DNA of 64,000 bases from a virus (lineage: Duplodnaviria > Caudoviricetes). The first letter of the stretch is position 1. Every line of letters starts with the position of its first letter. Location: IMG/VR virus record IMGVR_UViG_3300035703_002708; one strand, given 5' to 3'. Shown piece by piece: positions 20,064 through 31,390 of this stretch. The position numbers and the translations under genes were made by a program. The notes beneath the pieces were generated by a model. The model searched no databases and was not told where the DNA came from. It was given only the letters and a program-made list of their open reading frames with translations.

Positions 20064-21902
20064 ATGGCAAATAAAAAAATATCATATACCGTCAGAGATT
20101 TTCAGTCAATAAGAACTGAATTAATAAATTTTGTAAGAACATATTATCCTGACTTGTTGGCCAATGTGAACGATGCCTCAGTATTTTCAGTACTTTTGGA
20201 TTTGAACGCTGCAGTTTCAGATAACCTACAATTCCAAATAGACAGAAGTATACAAGAAACCGTATTACAATATGCCCAACAAAGGTCTTCGATATATAAT
20301 ATAGCCAGAACTTATGGACTCAAAGTTCCAGGTCAAAGACCATCAGTTGCTTTGGTTGATTTTTCAATCATCGTACCGGCGTTTGGAGACAAAGAAGATA
20401 TAAGATATTGTGGAATCTTAAGACGAGGTTCGCAAGTACAAGGTGCTGGACAAACGTTCGAAACAGTGTATGATATAGATTTTTCATCACCCTTCAATAA
20501 TGAAGGATTCCCAAATAGAACCAAAATTCCTAATTTAGATTCTAATGGTATAATTTTAAATTACACAATAACTAAACGAGAAACAGTAGTAAACGGGATA
20601 ACTAAAGTTTTCAAAAGAACAATTTTACCAAATGATGTTGTTCCTTTTTTTGAGTTATTTTTACCTGAAAAAAATGTACTTGGGGTTACGAGTGTATTAT
20701 TGAAAGATGGAACACAATATGCGAATGTTCCGACAGACCAAGAATTTTTGGGTACAAATAATAAATGGTATGAAGTAGATGCCTTGATACAAGATAAAGT
20801 CTTTGTTGAAGACCCAACCAAAGCAACTGACCAACCCGGCATAAAAGTTGGAAAATATATTTCTACTAGTAACAAATTTATAACTGAATTTACACCTGAA
20901 GGTTTTTTCAAAATGACATTTGGTGGGGGAAGTCAATCTTCTGATGAACAATTAAGAGAATTTGCTGCAACAGGCAACCCCTTAAATTTACAGAAATATT
21001 CTAATAACTTAGCATTAGGAAGTACACTTAAGGCTAATTCAACCTTATTTGTTCAATATCGAGTTGGAGGGGGAATAAGTTCTAATGTTGGTGTTAATGT
21101 TATAAATCAACTTGGTACTATAAATTTCGCAGTAAACGGACCTTCTCAGTCACAAAATACCTCAGTTATAAATTCACTTAATTGTACAAATACAACCGCA
21201 GCAATAGGTGGTGCAAATGTTCCTTCCGTTGAAGAAGTTAGAAACTATGTAACTTACAATTTTGCAGCTCAAAAACGGGCGGTCACAATTAACGATTATG
21301 AATCAATAATCAGAGGTATGCCATCACAGTTCGGAGCACCCGCAAAGGTAGCTATAACAGAACAAGATAATAAAATTAGAGTTCAATGTTTGTCTTATGA
21401 TTCTACAGGTAAACTCACTAATGTAATTTCAAATACATTAAAATCTAATCTTGCTAATTATCTATCTAATTATAGAATGATAAATGACTACGTTTCTATT
21501 GAAAGTGCTCAAGTTATAGATTTGAAATTTGATATATACGTTGTATTGGATGGGGGTCAAAATCAAGGTACGATAATAACTCAGATAGTTGACATAGTTT
21601 CTAATTATTTTTCACCATCTAATAGAGAAATGGGTCAAAATGTGTATGTATCAGAAATAAGAAAGGATGTTCAAAACCTAAATGGGGTGGTGACCGTCGC
21701 ACAAATAGATGTATTCAACCTTGTTGGAGGACAGTATTCATCTTCTCAGACCTCTCAAAGATATTCAAATTCTGAGACAAAACAAATTGAATTAATCGAT
21801 GAAACTATCTTTGCAGAACCTACTCAAACGTACCAAGTTAGATTTCCGGGTAAAGATATCTCAGTAAGAGTCAAAAATTTAAAAACCGTTAACTTCAGTT
21901 AA
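20064..21902 (+). CDS. Baseplate wedge protein, T4 gp6 / baseplate J-like
   Basis: RDFQSIRTELINF, ET..QYAQQRSSI..IARTYG, YRVGGG..SNV and RAVTINDY motifs; follows gp25. Confidence 0.85.
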   Translation: MANKKISYTVRDFQSIRTELINFVRTYYPDLLANVNDASVFSVLLDLNAAVSDNLQFQIDRSIQETVLQYAQQRSSIYNIARTYGLKVPGQRPSVALVDFSIIVPAFGDKEDIRYCGILRRGSQVQGAGQTFETVYDIDFSSPFNNEGFPNRTKIPNLDSNGIILNYTITKRETVVNGITKVFKRTILPNDVVPFFELFLPEKNVLGVTSVLLKDGTQYANVPTDQEFLGTNNKWYEVDALIQDKVFVEDPTKATDQPGIKVGKYISTSNKFITEFTPEGFFKMTFGGGSQSSDEQLREFAATGNPLNLQKYSNNLALGSTLKANSTLFVQYRVGGGISSNVGVNVINQLGTINFAVNGPSQSQNTSVINSLNCTNTTAAIGGANVPSVEEVRNYVTYNFAAQKRAVTINDYESIIRGMPSQFGAPAKVAITEQDNKIRVQCLSYDSTGKLTNVISNTLKSNLANYLSNYRMINDYVSIESAQVIDLKFDIYVVLDGGQNQGTIITQIVDIVSNYFSPSNREMGQNVYVSEIRKDVQNLNGVVTVAQIDVFNLVGGQYSSSQTSQRYSNSETKQIELIDETIFAEPTQTYQVRFPGKDISVRVKNLKTVNFS

Positions 21903-21952
21903 TAAATTTATTTTTCAATAAGTTTGACTATTTTATTAAAATAGAATATAAA

Positions 21953-21960
21953 CTATTTAT
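21953..21960 (+). promoter_or_regulatory. CTATTTAT variant of the phage promoter motif
   Basis: In a 69-bp gap, 14 nt before ATG 21975. Confidence 0.4.
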
Positions 21961-21974
21961 TCGAAAAGTATTTG

Positions 21975-24900
21975 ATGCCAAAATCATTAAGAATAAGAAC
22001 TGAAGTAGGTAAAGACAGAAATCTTACTTTTAATTTAGACCAAGATTTCGAATTTATCGAGATTTTATCTATTAAACTATCACAAGAGGACCTTTATGTA
22101 AGACAATGTGCCGATTATGGAGTCGTTGTAGGTAGAATCTCAATAAATGATGGTTTTGGAGTTCCGAACGCGAAGTTGTCTATTTTTATACCGATAAGTG
22201 ATGAAGACGAGTTAGACCCCATCATCAGTACATTATACCCCTATAAGAATGTATCTGACGTTAATGAAGACGGATATAAATATAACTTATTACCGTACAA
22301 ACCATCATACCCTGGACATGCCCCTACTGGAACATTTCCTGATTTATCTGACGCCCTTACGAATCCTGTTGTTGTTGAAATATATGACAAATATTACAAG
22401 TTTACGGTAACAACAAATGATAGTGGTGACTTTATGATTTTTGGGGTACCTGTAGGAACACAAAGATTAGTATTAAATGTCGATTTATCCGACATTGGAC
22501 AATTTTCACAATCACCACAAGATTTAATAAGATTAGGTGTTGCAACCGAAACCCAAGTCAACGGAACTAAATTTGACACTTCCGAAAACTTAGATTCACT
22601 TCCACAAATAATAACATTAGTTCAAGATGTTAACGTAAGTCCACTTTGGGGTGATGAAGAATTGTGTCAAGTGTCAATCACAAGAGCCGACACGGATTTG
22701 ACCAAGGCCAAAAACATTGAAATAAAACCCGCGGCAATCTTCATGGGTTCTATTTTTTCTGATTCCGACAAAGGTGCAATAAAAAGAAAATGTAAACCAC
22801 CCTTAGTTGCGGGTTCAATGTGTTCATTATTTGCGGGACCAGGTCAAATACTAGCGGTCAGACAGACAATTAAACAAGACCCCTTTGGAAGACCTGTATT
22901 AGAAGAATATGAATTAGAAAATAATGGAAATGTAATTGATGATAACGGAACATGGTTATTAGATGTACCAATGAATTTAGATTACATCATTACAAATGAA
23001 TTTGGGGAACAAGTTTTTTCAAATGACGAACGAAAGGGAATACCGACAAATGCTAAATATAGATTTAAAATAAAATGGAACCAAGGTAAAGACGAAAAAA
23101 AAACAATAAGACGTGGTAGTTTTATGGTTCCGAATGTAAGAGAGTATGGATGGGATAATTCTCAAGATGACCCTTTTGATGACAAATTCTACGTGGATGA
23201 GTTGGAAACGCCTCAAACATTACAATTCGCACAAATACAAAATCCTTTAGGTATTGCTGACACACAACAAGTGCAGTATTTGGATTTATTACCATACGAT
23301 GGTGTTGTAAGAATCCAAAGTATAATAAATGTCAAAGATTTATTTTTTACTTTGAATGGGGTGCCAATACCTCAGAAAAATAACATTATAGTTGAGCCGG
23401 GAGATACCTTAACAGTAAGAGTTGAATTCAAAGACATAACACCTCCGATAACTGTTGCTGAAATTTTAGTTTATATAGAACCTTTCAAAAAATATCAAGT
23501 TGAAAGGTCATACGCCTTTAGTTTAAATTGGGATGATTATGCCGACCAAGACGCGGCTATAAGTTGCGAGGACACCTTTTTCAAAATGTCTTACAATAGG
23601 GTATATACTGTATCTCAACTCATAACTAGATTCACAAAGGGGGGTTTGAACAGAAGATATTCGGCAATTAAAGACATTACTGATACAGAATGTGATAGTA
23701 CAAGTAATAAATTTCCAACAAATGATGCACAATTTAAACCCGACTTCCTTTTCATATTATTTTCCATATTGATAATATTTCTTTCAATACTTCTCAAAAT
23801 ATTTGTAAAAGTTTTACATGTTGTATTAAAATTATTATCGGACATTTTAGATTTCTTAATTTTTATTGATGACGCCCAAAGTCTTTTCAGTTTGAGTAGA
23901 CCAATAGGAAATTTAGAAAGATTGATTGACGGTCTTTCAGGATTTAATTTACCAATGTATACATTTCCTGATTGTGAACTATGTGACTGTAAACCCCCAC
24001 CTGCCGCAGGTGGATTTCCTTTGGGAGTATTCTCAACCCAACAACAAGCCCCATTTAGAAATAACAGCGTATTGGCAGACATTCTCAATGGTTCAAATTA
24101 CGATACAAATATACAAAATGGTGCTACAGATTTCACTCCATTAGTACAAACCTTTCACGCTGGTTACTTTCCGAACAATACAAATTATGGTTGGTTATTT
24201 AAGACAGGTGGAAATTTATTATTTACTAGAGTTGAGTTATTTGACCCTTCTCAACAGACAACTGATTATTATTTCCCTACTAATTTACCATTTCACGAAA
24301 GGATAACACTACAAAACGCTAAAGGAAAATTTTTCGGAAGCGGTTTGGACAGAGGAAAAATATCCCCTCCTCAAGAATCAACACTTAATCAGGTAGGTTT
24401 CGGCCCTGAAATTTACTATGCTGGTGGAGGAACAAACCAAATTAAGGTTTGTTTCAATAAAAATCTGAATAATCCCAATTTAGGACCTGATTTTCAATTA
24501 GGCTCAAATGGTCAATATACACAAACCTTGTTGGTAAATAACTTAATAAATAACTATGATAATCAAGGTTTCCATTATGATAGTGTTTTGATTTTGTTTA
24601 CCGAAGAACCATATACGAAAGGAACATTATTGACTTTCGATAATCCCAAAGATTATAGAGACTTAAATCTTTCTGGTAGTATAATTAATCAGTTTGGAAC
24701 TTATTCAACAACGGGTACATCAATTAATAATGGTATTTCACAAATAAGAGTGAGTCATACTCACCCATTGACTGGTAGAAGATTAATTACTAAGTATAAT
24801 ATTTCTGGCGATAGCTCACAAAATCAATTCCTCAGATTTCCTACAGGATTAGAATATTATCAAGTTTTATATTCAGAAAAAGCTCAAAAATTTATCGATG

Positions 24901-27572
24901 AAGGATTTTGGGGTGGAACTTATGATGCCAGAGATGACATGACTAGCTTCGCCTACTATAATAGGATTTTCACTCAATCCACTTTAGTGGGTCAAGGTAG
25001 ATTCTATTCAACAACTGCAGGATTCGGATTAAATTTTGATTGGAGTTGGGCGTACGCTCAATCACCATATGTTAATTATCAAGATAAAGGAAGTGCTTAT
25101 GTGACAATTTTGATGAGAGGTGTGGACCCACATTCAACCGCTCAACCTATGAAAATAGGTTTAGGTAGAATTTTCGGCAAACAAAATCATTGGTCATACA
25201 CAGTTGAGGGTAACTTCAAAATGAATATTCCATTACAACCTAATGATGGTAAGGATTTTGGTGAATTACCTGATGATGAATCACAGGGTTATGCAACAGA
25301 CCTTGCTCACAGATGTACTAGACACAATGGTGTCGGACTAAACAATGAATCATCAAATAAAGATAATGGTTATACATTAAATAGATTATTTTTTAAATCT
25401 TATCATTTTAAACCAAACCAACAACAGTGGGAGTCATTTAATACAACCTCGGTATATAATTACATCAGAACATCCGAAGAGGATTACGGTGTAAATATGA
25501 TTGCTGGTTACCCTGAACCTATATTCCAATCTTACCAACCACCCCAATCAGGTATTTTGAGACAGACTTCGAATTATTACACATTTGTACCTGAAACAAA
25601 TGGTAGGGGATTAAGAACAAGTGTCAACAATTTTTATGGTCGTACACAATGGCAAAACAACGATGTCACATTGGGACCCCCAAGTCCGGTGGAAAATGGT
25701 GTAGAAAAAAGATTTTTGTGGTCATATCAAGTAGGTGAACCGATTGAAGGAATTCCATTTATGTGTTTAGTAGGTGATGCTTTGGATAATGGTTTGGATA
25801 CCAGTAGTATAGCCCTAAATGTACTCAGATATTTGAAAATACAACCTATTTACTATTCCCGTAAATACAATGATACGACCTTTACTATGTCGAATGCTGA
25901 AAGAATTGTAATGCGAAGCGACAGAATGCCAACATCAGACGTATATCAAGGGATTGGACCGAATTCATTTGGTGGTATGGCAAACGGTAATTTTAAAATC
26001 TATGAGGTACCAATCGAAGGTATTGTAACCAGCGGCTCATCTCAACCACCACAATTAACTTTCCAAGTTAGTGAACCTGATGAACCACCGGCTCCAGACG
26101 AGTTACCAAATCAAATAGCACAATTATTAGATTCTTTCACTTGTAATTCATTGGTACCTTTGAATTGTTATTCACCAACGGCAAATGGTGAAAGTGTGCA
26201 AATTGCCCCAACAGGTACTTGTACTTATGTTTCCTTCACTGATAGAGATGACAACACATTTAACAATCAATTTTTCGTAGAAGGTTCTTGCTATTCATTA
26301 GTTAGACCCCCTTTTAACCAAAGTGATAATGTAAAAAACGACAGAGAGTTGATAAACGAGTGGGCCTCAAGAATTAATATTAATTTCGGTGCTTGTAGGG
26401 AAGTATTTTCTCATTTGTTTGTAAACAATTGGGTTAATGGTGCTCTTTACGCAATACCCTTCAAATCAAAAAGAAGATTCACAGGTCCCAATGATGTACC
26501 TCCTAATACCGCATTTTATAGATTATGTGACCAAATGATTTATCATCTTCCTAAAACAACTAATTTTTATTATAGGTCGGCACCATATAAAAAATTTAGT
26601 GATGGAACAGGTAATTTTATAGGTAGAGAAGGTAACACATTCCTTTCACAACCCCAAGGAAATGTAAAAAATCATATGTACCCTACGACAATGATGAATT
26701 TGGGTCCAAGAGACGAGTTACAAAAATTCCTATCCCAAAGTGGAGAGTGGGAGGGATACATCATGGACACTTTAGATTCAACCACTTTTGGAGATACCTC
26801 AGAATTATTAAATATTTTTGTATTATCAAGATTGGCAAATACATCATTTACAAGTTTATTTAAATCAAGGGGTTCTAGTGTGTTGAATTTCTTTGATAGT
26901 AGAAAAAAGAGATTTATCGACGCTGACTTCGCACAACTTATAGCAACAAATTCGCAGTATGGTGTTGATGCCTACGACCCCGAAAGCTATCCCGAACCAC
27001 CACCAAACAGTAATCTGAGTTCATCTTTATATCTAAGAACAAATTTTGGTAGTCCAAAAGATGTTGTTATGGGTATTATGTATGATGGTAATGAACAGAA
27101 TCGCGATTTTATATCACCTGGAAGGGTAACATATAACGAAGAGGCTCAAATAGGTTCACCTTGCGGATACGATAGTTTTCCAATTAATAGTCAAAACGTA
27201 CCTTTTTATCTTTGGAGGATAATCACTAATGATGCTAGGTCAAATATTTTTGGGGCACAATCAAACGATTGGACATTTACTAATTACACAACAGGGTATC
27301 AGTCAATTGACAGACTTCTACCTTATGGTGATGCTAGTAAAGTATTTAAACCAGGAAATAATAATATTATTAGATATAATAAGGGCTGGATTTACAACGT
27401 AGAAAATATATATAATGAATTCATTGAGGGGTTGGATTACGACCCTGAACCAGGTTTACCTGCAGATTATCTGATGGGAGCACCATATTACTTTTATTTC
27501 GGTGTAGTCAAAGGTTCAAGTGCTTTTGATAGATTTGCCGCTAAATGGATTGATACGGAGGGATTAGCTTAA
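21975..27572 (+). CDS. Large baseplate/tail structural protein with an N-terminal carboxypeptidase-regulatory-like beta-sandwich and an internal hydrophobic segment
   Basis: 1865 aa. YGVVVGRI...VPNAKLSIF and TTNDSGDFMIFGVP resemble CarboxypepD_reg folds; about 40-aa hydrophobic stretch near nt 23745-23870. Confidence 0.55.
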   Translation: MPKSLRIRTEVGKDRNLTFNLDQDFEFIEILSIKLSQEDLYVRQCADYGVVVGRISINDGFGVPNAKLSIFIPISDEDELDPIISTLYPYKNVSDVNEDGYKYNLLPYKPSYPGHAPTGTFPDLSDALTNPVVVEIYDKYYKFTVTTNDSGDFMIFGVPVGTQRLVLNVDLSDIGQFSQSPQDLIRLGVATETQVNGTKFDTSENLDSLPQIITLVQDVNVSPLWGDEELCQVSITRADTDLTKAKNIEIKPAAIFMGSIFSDSDKGAIKRKCKPPLVAGSMCSLFAGPGQILAVRQTIKQDPFGRPVLEEYELENNGNVIDDNGTWLLDVPMNLDYIITNEFGEQVFSNDERKGIPTNAKYRFKIKWNQGKDEKKTIRRGSFMVPNVREYGWDNSQDDPFDDKFYVDELETPQTLQFAQIQNPLGIADTQQVQYLDLLPYDGVVRIQSIINVKDLFFTLNGVPIPQKNNIIVEPGDTLTVRVEFKDITPPITVAEILVYIEPFKKYQVERSYAFSLNWDDYADQDAAISCEDTFFKMSYNRVYTVSQLITRFTKGGLNRRYSAIKDITDTECDSTSNKFPTNDAQFKPDFLFILFSILIIFLSILLKIFVKVLHVVLKLLSDILDFLIFIDDAQSLFSLSRPIGNLERLIDGLSGFNLPMYTFPDCELCDCKPPPAAGGFPLGVFSTQQQAPFRNNSVLADILNGSNYDTNIQNGATDFTPLVQTFHAGYFPNNTNYGWLFKTGGNLLFTRVELFDPSQQTTDYYFPTNLPFHERITLQNAKGKFFGSGLDRGKISPPQESTLNQVGFGPEIYYAGGGTNQIKVCFNKNLNNPNLGPDFQLGSNGQYTQTLLVNNLINNYDNQGFHYDSVLILFTEEPYTKGTLLTFDNPKDYRDLNLSGSIINQFGTYSTTGTSINNGISQIRVSHTHPLTGRRLITKYNISGDSSQNQFLRFPTGLEYYQVLYSEKAQKFIDEGFWGGTYDARDDMTSFAYYNRIFTQSTLVGQGRFYSTTAGFGLNFDWSWAYAQSPYVNYQDKGSAYVTILMRGVDPHSTAQPMKIGLGRIFGKQNHWSYTVEGNFKMNIPLQPNDGKDFGELPDDESQGYATDLAHRCTRHNGVGLNNESSNKDNGYTLNRLFFKSYHFKPNQQQWESFNTTSVYNYIRTSEEDYGVNMIAGYPEPIFQSYQPPQSGILRQTSNYYTFVPETNGRGLRTSVNNFYGRTQWQNNDVTLGPPSPVENGVEKRFLWSYQVGEPIEGIPFMCLVGDALDNGLDTSSIALNVLRYLKIQPIYYSRKYNDTTFTMSNAERIVMRSDRMPTSDVYQGIGPNSFGGMANGNFKIYEVPIEGIVTSGSSQPPQLTFQVSEPDEPPAPDELPNQIAQLLDSFTCNSLVPLNCYSPTANGESVQIAPTGTCTYVSFTDRDDNTFNNQFFVEGSCYSLVRPPFNQSDNVKNDRELINEWASRININFGACREVFSHLFVNNWVNGALYAIPFKSKRRFTGPNDVPPNTAFYRLCDQMIYHLPKTTNFYYRSAPYKKFSDGTGNFIGREGNTFLSQPQGNVKNHMYPTTMMNLGPRDELQKFLSQSGEWEGYIMDTLDSTTFGDTSELLNIFVLSRLANTSFTSLFKSRGSSVLNFFDSRKKRFIDADFAQLIATNSQYGVDAYDPESYPEPPPNSNLSSSLYLRTNFGSPKDVVMGIMYDGNEQNRDFISPGRVTYNEEAQIGSPCGYDSFPINSQNVPFYLWRIITNDARSNIFGAQSNDWTFTNYTTGYQSIDRLLPYGDASKVFKPGNNNIIRYNKGWIYNVENIYNEFIEGLDYDPEPGLPADYLMGAPYYFYFGVVKGSSAFDRFAAKWIDTEGLA

Positions 27573-27574
27573 AA

Positions 27575-29362
27575 ATGGGTAGGGAATCTAACATAAAAAT
27601 AGTTTTGAGTGAGTTGAGATACAAATCAGCACCACCAACCACATCATTTTTAAATGTTCCATTTATACAAAATACTAAACTTCTAACTGAATTTGATAGA
27701 AGTCAGAAAATCAATTTGTATGATGTCTATGTAAATGAGAGAGAAAAATCAACATTATTCAGACCATCGGTTAAAATAACATATTTGTTCAAAAACACAT
27801 ATATTGGTGAAACAAATTATACACCCTTTACAGAAAATCTATATTATGTAAATGCTCTTGCATCTGTCAGACAGGCATGTGCTGGTATTTCTGATGTTTA
27901 TTGGTCGGGATATCCACTATACAATGAGTTCGATTTAGGTAGAACTGATAATGATACTGATGGTTATACAGAACCAAATACAAATGGACATATAAATTTT
28001 GTAACAACAAGTGCAACATCGTATAATTGGAATTTCTTTTTAAGTTATGCTTATGATAACGTACAAAGATTTATGACAGGTGTGGACCAAAAAACAGGTG
28101 TTAGATTGAATTGGAATTCCGCAAATGGTATACCGTTTATAATTTTTCGTTCGACCTATAATGGTCAGAATTTTATTTCGTTCAGATGTTTGGGAAGACA
28201 TGGATTAAGTGTTTACGAATTTGTTGAATTATCATTTTCTTATGGAGGACAAAATGTTTTCCAAGTTACTAGATTAGGTGATAATTTGTACGGGTCACAA
28301 GATTTCATATTTAATATTCCGGATTTTGGATACACGGGAACAACTTTTTCGGAAGGTGTTACTGGCACATTCAAAAGAGTGATTGATGAAAACAATGTGG
28401 AATCAACAAGGTCGGAATACTATGTCAGAAGACAAAAAATAATAACAAAAAATTCAGATGCGGTTTTAACCAATTCAGGGTTTGAGTTAAATCCTTTCAA
28501 AGTAATTAAACAATACGAACCATCCGCTTTGACACCAAATAATATCTCGAGAGTATCAGTAAAAGAAGGTAGTCAAAGTTATAATTTAAATTTTCTTAAT
28601 AATGTGTCAATACAAAATCTTGTAGACAATCAAAAAAGACCATTATCAGAACTATTTTTCACATTTCAATGGATAGGTTATTTAGGTTGGACAAACAAAC
28701 CAACATTAGGTCAGAAATCTTTGAGACAAGGTTGGGCTTTTAACTTACCATTATACGAAGGGAAACCAGACCAATGGTGGACCAACGACCCATCTGTTGC
28801 AGATTCCAATTCCTATATTTCAGAAATTAATACATCATCGTATGTAAAGACACCGACAAATTCATTACCTCGTACATTTTATTATAACGTACCACTCGAT
28901 GTGGATGATATCATTGATGGTGATTTTTGTGAATGGAACGATTTTGAATTTAAAGAAAGGGTTGTCTCTGAATTATATCATAAAATAACATATAATGAAA
29001 ATGTTTTTAACATAAACATAACGGGTGAATCTAATCCTAACAACCCACTCGGGTTTTATTATCAGACTCATCACCCTATGACTATAAAAAAATTCTCTTC
29101 ATATATTGAAGAAGGTGACCCTGCGAAAGTTAGTGAAATCCCAAATTGGGCTATTTATAATCAATCTACAAAAACTTTTTTTTGGAGGGATGTATACCCT
29201 TACGGATACATTGACCCTGATGGAGTTGGAGTGGATTTTCCCTTTTTGAACGGCGCTCACTACCCATTCAAAAATATTGTTTTCAGATTGATACCTGAAG
29301 GCTCAACATCAATATCATTAAGTACAGTAGTTCAACAACCTACAACAGATGACTGTGAGTAA
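27575..29362 (+). CDS. Putative baseplate/tail structural protein, 595 aa
   Basis: Aromatic- and Asn-rich beta-type protein in the structural operon. Confidence 0.55.
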   Translation: MGRESNIKIVLSELRYKSAPPTTSFLNVPFIQNTKLLTEFDRSQKINLYDVYVNEREKSTLFRPSVKITYLFKNTYIGETNYTPFTENLYYVNALASVRQACAGISDVYWSGYPLYNEFDLGRTDNDTDGYTEPNTNGHINFVTTSATSYNWNFFLSYAYDNVQRFMTGVDQKTGVRLNWNSANGIPFIIFRSTYNGQNFISFRCLGRHGLSVYEFVELSFSYGGQNVFQVTRLGDNLYGSQDFIFNIPDFGYTGTTFSEGVTGTFKRVIDENNVESTRSEYYVRRQKIITKNSDAVLTNSGFELNPFKVIKQYEPSALTPNNISRVSVKEGSQSYNLNFLNNVSIQNLVDNQKRPLSELFFTFQWIGYLGWTNKPTLGQKSLRQGWAFNLPLYEGKPDQWWTNDPSVADSNSYISEINTSSYVKTPTNSLPRTFYYNVPLDVDDIIDGDFCEWNDFEFKERVVSELYHKITYNENVFNINITGESNPNNPLGFYYQTHHPMTIKKFSSYIEEGDPAKVSEIPNWAIYNQSTKTFFWRDVYPYGYIDPDGVGVDFPFLNGAHYPFKNIVFRLIPEGSTSISLSTVVQQPTTDDCE

Positions 29363-30170
29363 ATATAAATTATTGAGGTCCAATTTGGGTAAACAAATTG
29401 ACATACCTATAGAGATAAAGTGGGATATGTATGGTCAAGATGATAGTTTAGACGTATTTCAACAAGAAGTTGTTGAGAAGGCTATTGGACAACCAAAAGA
29501 TTTTGAATTAGTAAGATTTTCCAATAAAGAATATCCCAATAGTTTTGAAACCTCTGTAAAATATAACTTTCATTTTTACAGTGGACTTACTGATAACTTC
29601 GATAGTGCAACAAATAATGATTGGGGAATATCATATTTACCTATGGGTTTTACCAACAGTGAAATATATTACACAACCAAACCCTTTTTGAAATCATTCT
29701 TCAAATTAGATTTCTATGACACAAATCAATTATCAACACAAAGAAATTACTTCACAGTAATATTGCCTGCAAATCAAAGTTCGGATGCAAAATTTTCTAT
29801 ATCACCTTACCTACCTGATGTAAACGTTAGTATCCCTACGTATACTTTGGACTATGTAAACCAAAAAGAAGGTTATTTTTTGTATTGGTTAAAATCAAGA
29901 GATTTTTATAACATCGACACTTTCTACATGTCAGCAAAATTTTTTAACGCTAATACTGGTGAATTTATAAGGATGATGAATAGAAGTCAAGGTTCGCCAC
30001 AAATACAATCAAGTAAGTTTACATTTAGCGAAGAAAAATTCTTTTTCTATAAAGTTGTGATGAATTATACTAATTACACGTATGAAATATTTGATATAGT
30101 TGGGTCATCACCTTTAAGAGTAGGTAAATCATCAGCACCTATAAACTGGTATCAGTACATAAATCCGTAA
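29349..30170 (+). CDS. Putative baseplate/tail structural protein, 273 aa
   Basis: Overlaps the previous stop; structural operon context. Confidence 0.55.
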   Translation: MTVSKYKLLRSNLGKQIDIPIEIKWDMYGQDDSLDVFQQEVVEKAIGQPKDFELVRFSNKEYPNSFETSVKYNFHFYSGLTDNFDSATNNDWGISYLPMGFTNSEIYYTTKPFLKSFFKLDFYDTNQLSTQRNYFTVILPANQSSDAKFSISPYLPDVNVSIPTYTLDYVNQKEGYFLYWLKSRDFYNIDTFYMSAKFFNANTGEFIRMMNRSQGSPQIQSSKFTFSEEKFFFYKVVMNYTNYTYEIFDIVGSSPLRVGKSSAPINWYQYINP

Positions 30171-30171
30171 A

Positions 30172-31368
30172 ATGGAGGAACAAAAATATTTCATAAAAAT
30201 ATCTCCTGAAGTAATAAAAAGTGATTTCAGAACGGTAATTTTCACTGCTAGTACAGGTGTTACATATACTTTGGATGAGGCATGTTGTGATTTTACATCG
30301 TACACTGAAAACTTTTATTACACAACAGGTCAAACAGGTGTTTATTTGAAAATGTCTCAAGTAGTGACTGGCGCAACGAGTGGTACTTCCCTTATGACCG
30401 GTTTGACTATTCCAATATTATTTACACAAAATACTGTCGATGTTGGGTATTATTCAGTTTTTGATGGCGCTATAGTCCAAAAAGATGTTATTACAAATTT
30501 TGTATTCTCATCAGGAACTGGTCCTAATTCATCGACAATTTATTTATATAACACTTCAGACCAACAATATAAAAAATTTTTGAAAGGGTCTACATTTAAA
30601 GTTGATTGGGGTGATAATTCACCGATACAGACTATTACTAATTTTGCTCCAAATTATGTGTCCCACTCATATCCTTCTACACCTTCTAGTTACAAAATAA
30701 CTATGTCAGGGTCTACCTCATTTGGTTTGACTATTATAGAAAAAACTATTTACGTACCATTTACAGGTAATACAATACCAAACCCGAATGGTACCGCATA
30801 TTTTGTACCTCAAGGAGGTAATTGGTCAGGAATTCCAATTTCCTACGACTACATTTTCTCAGGTGACTCTAATCCTGATTTGAACGATTATTTTGGTTCT
30901 GATTTCACAGAAATACCTTTCATAATTACTGGTTATACTGTATCAACATTGAATGATTTGTCTCAGTATAAAGGTAACATCACAAAAAACGGTAGGTCAT
31001 TTAAATTAAACCAAACCATTACAGGAACGAGCGGAACCGTTGGTATATACAAAGGAGAGTCTAATGATGGTCTGTCAGTAAGTTACAATGTTAATGGTAT
31101 CGATTATTACGATTATGTTGATGGTACCTCAGTTTATGTTGTGGCATCTTCAGGATTGACTTCAGACAATTTGATTATGAGTGCGATAACCAAAGACGAG
31201 ACATTACTCAATGTGGTCGATGAGCCTCAAATATTTTCTAACGTATACATAGAAAGAGGTAAAGTTTCACCATTCGAAAAAGTAAGAAGGTTAGGAGAGG
31301 TCTCTACAATAGGAGGATTAACATCTTACGGATACAAATATTTCAAGGTTACAAAAAATCAAACATAA
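30172..31368 (+). CDS. Putative tail protein with a PKD-like domain
   Basis: FKVDWGD...VSHSY...YKITM is a PKD-like pattern; Ser/Thr/Gly-rich. Confidence 0.55.
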   Translation: MEEQKYFIKISPEVIKSDFRTVIFTASTGVTYTLDEACCDFTSYTENFYYTTGQTGVYLKMSQVVTGATSGTSLMTGLTIPILFTQNTVDVGYYSVFDGAIVQKDVITNFVFSSGTGPNSSTIYLYNTSDQQYKKFLKGSTFKVDWGDNSPIQTITNFAPNYVSHSYPSTPSSYKITMSGSTSFGLTIIEKTIYVPFTGNTIPNPNGTAYFVPQGGNWSGIPISYDYIFSGDSNPDLNDYFGSDFTEIPFIITGYTVSTLNDLSQYKGNITKNGRSFKLNQTITGTSGTVGIYKGESNDGLSVSYNVNGIDYYDYVDGTSVYVVASSGLTSDNLIMSAITKDETLLNVVDEPQIFSNVYIERGKVSPFEKVRRLGEVSTIGGLTSYGYKYFKVTKNQT

Positions 31369-31376
31369 CTATTTAT
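31369..31376 (+). promoter_or_regulatory. CTATTTAT variant of the phage promoter motif
   Basis: AACTATTTATA, 14 nt before ATG 31391. Confidence 0.45.
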
Positions 31377-31390
31377 AATAAAAAAATAAA

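Noticed and set aside
23615-24088. Long antisense ORFs (also 32997-33419, 48794-49249, 49658-50044, 20561-20911, 9715-10038)
   Set aside because: They lie opposite well-supported genes and have the Ser/Phe/Leu-rich composition typical of antisense shadows.
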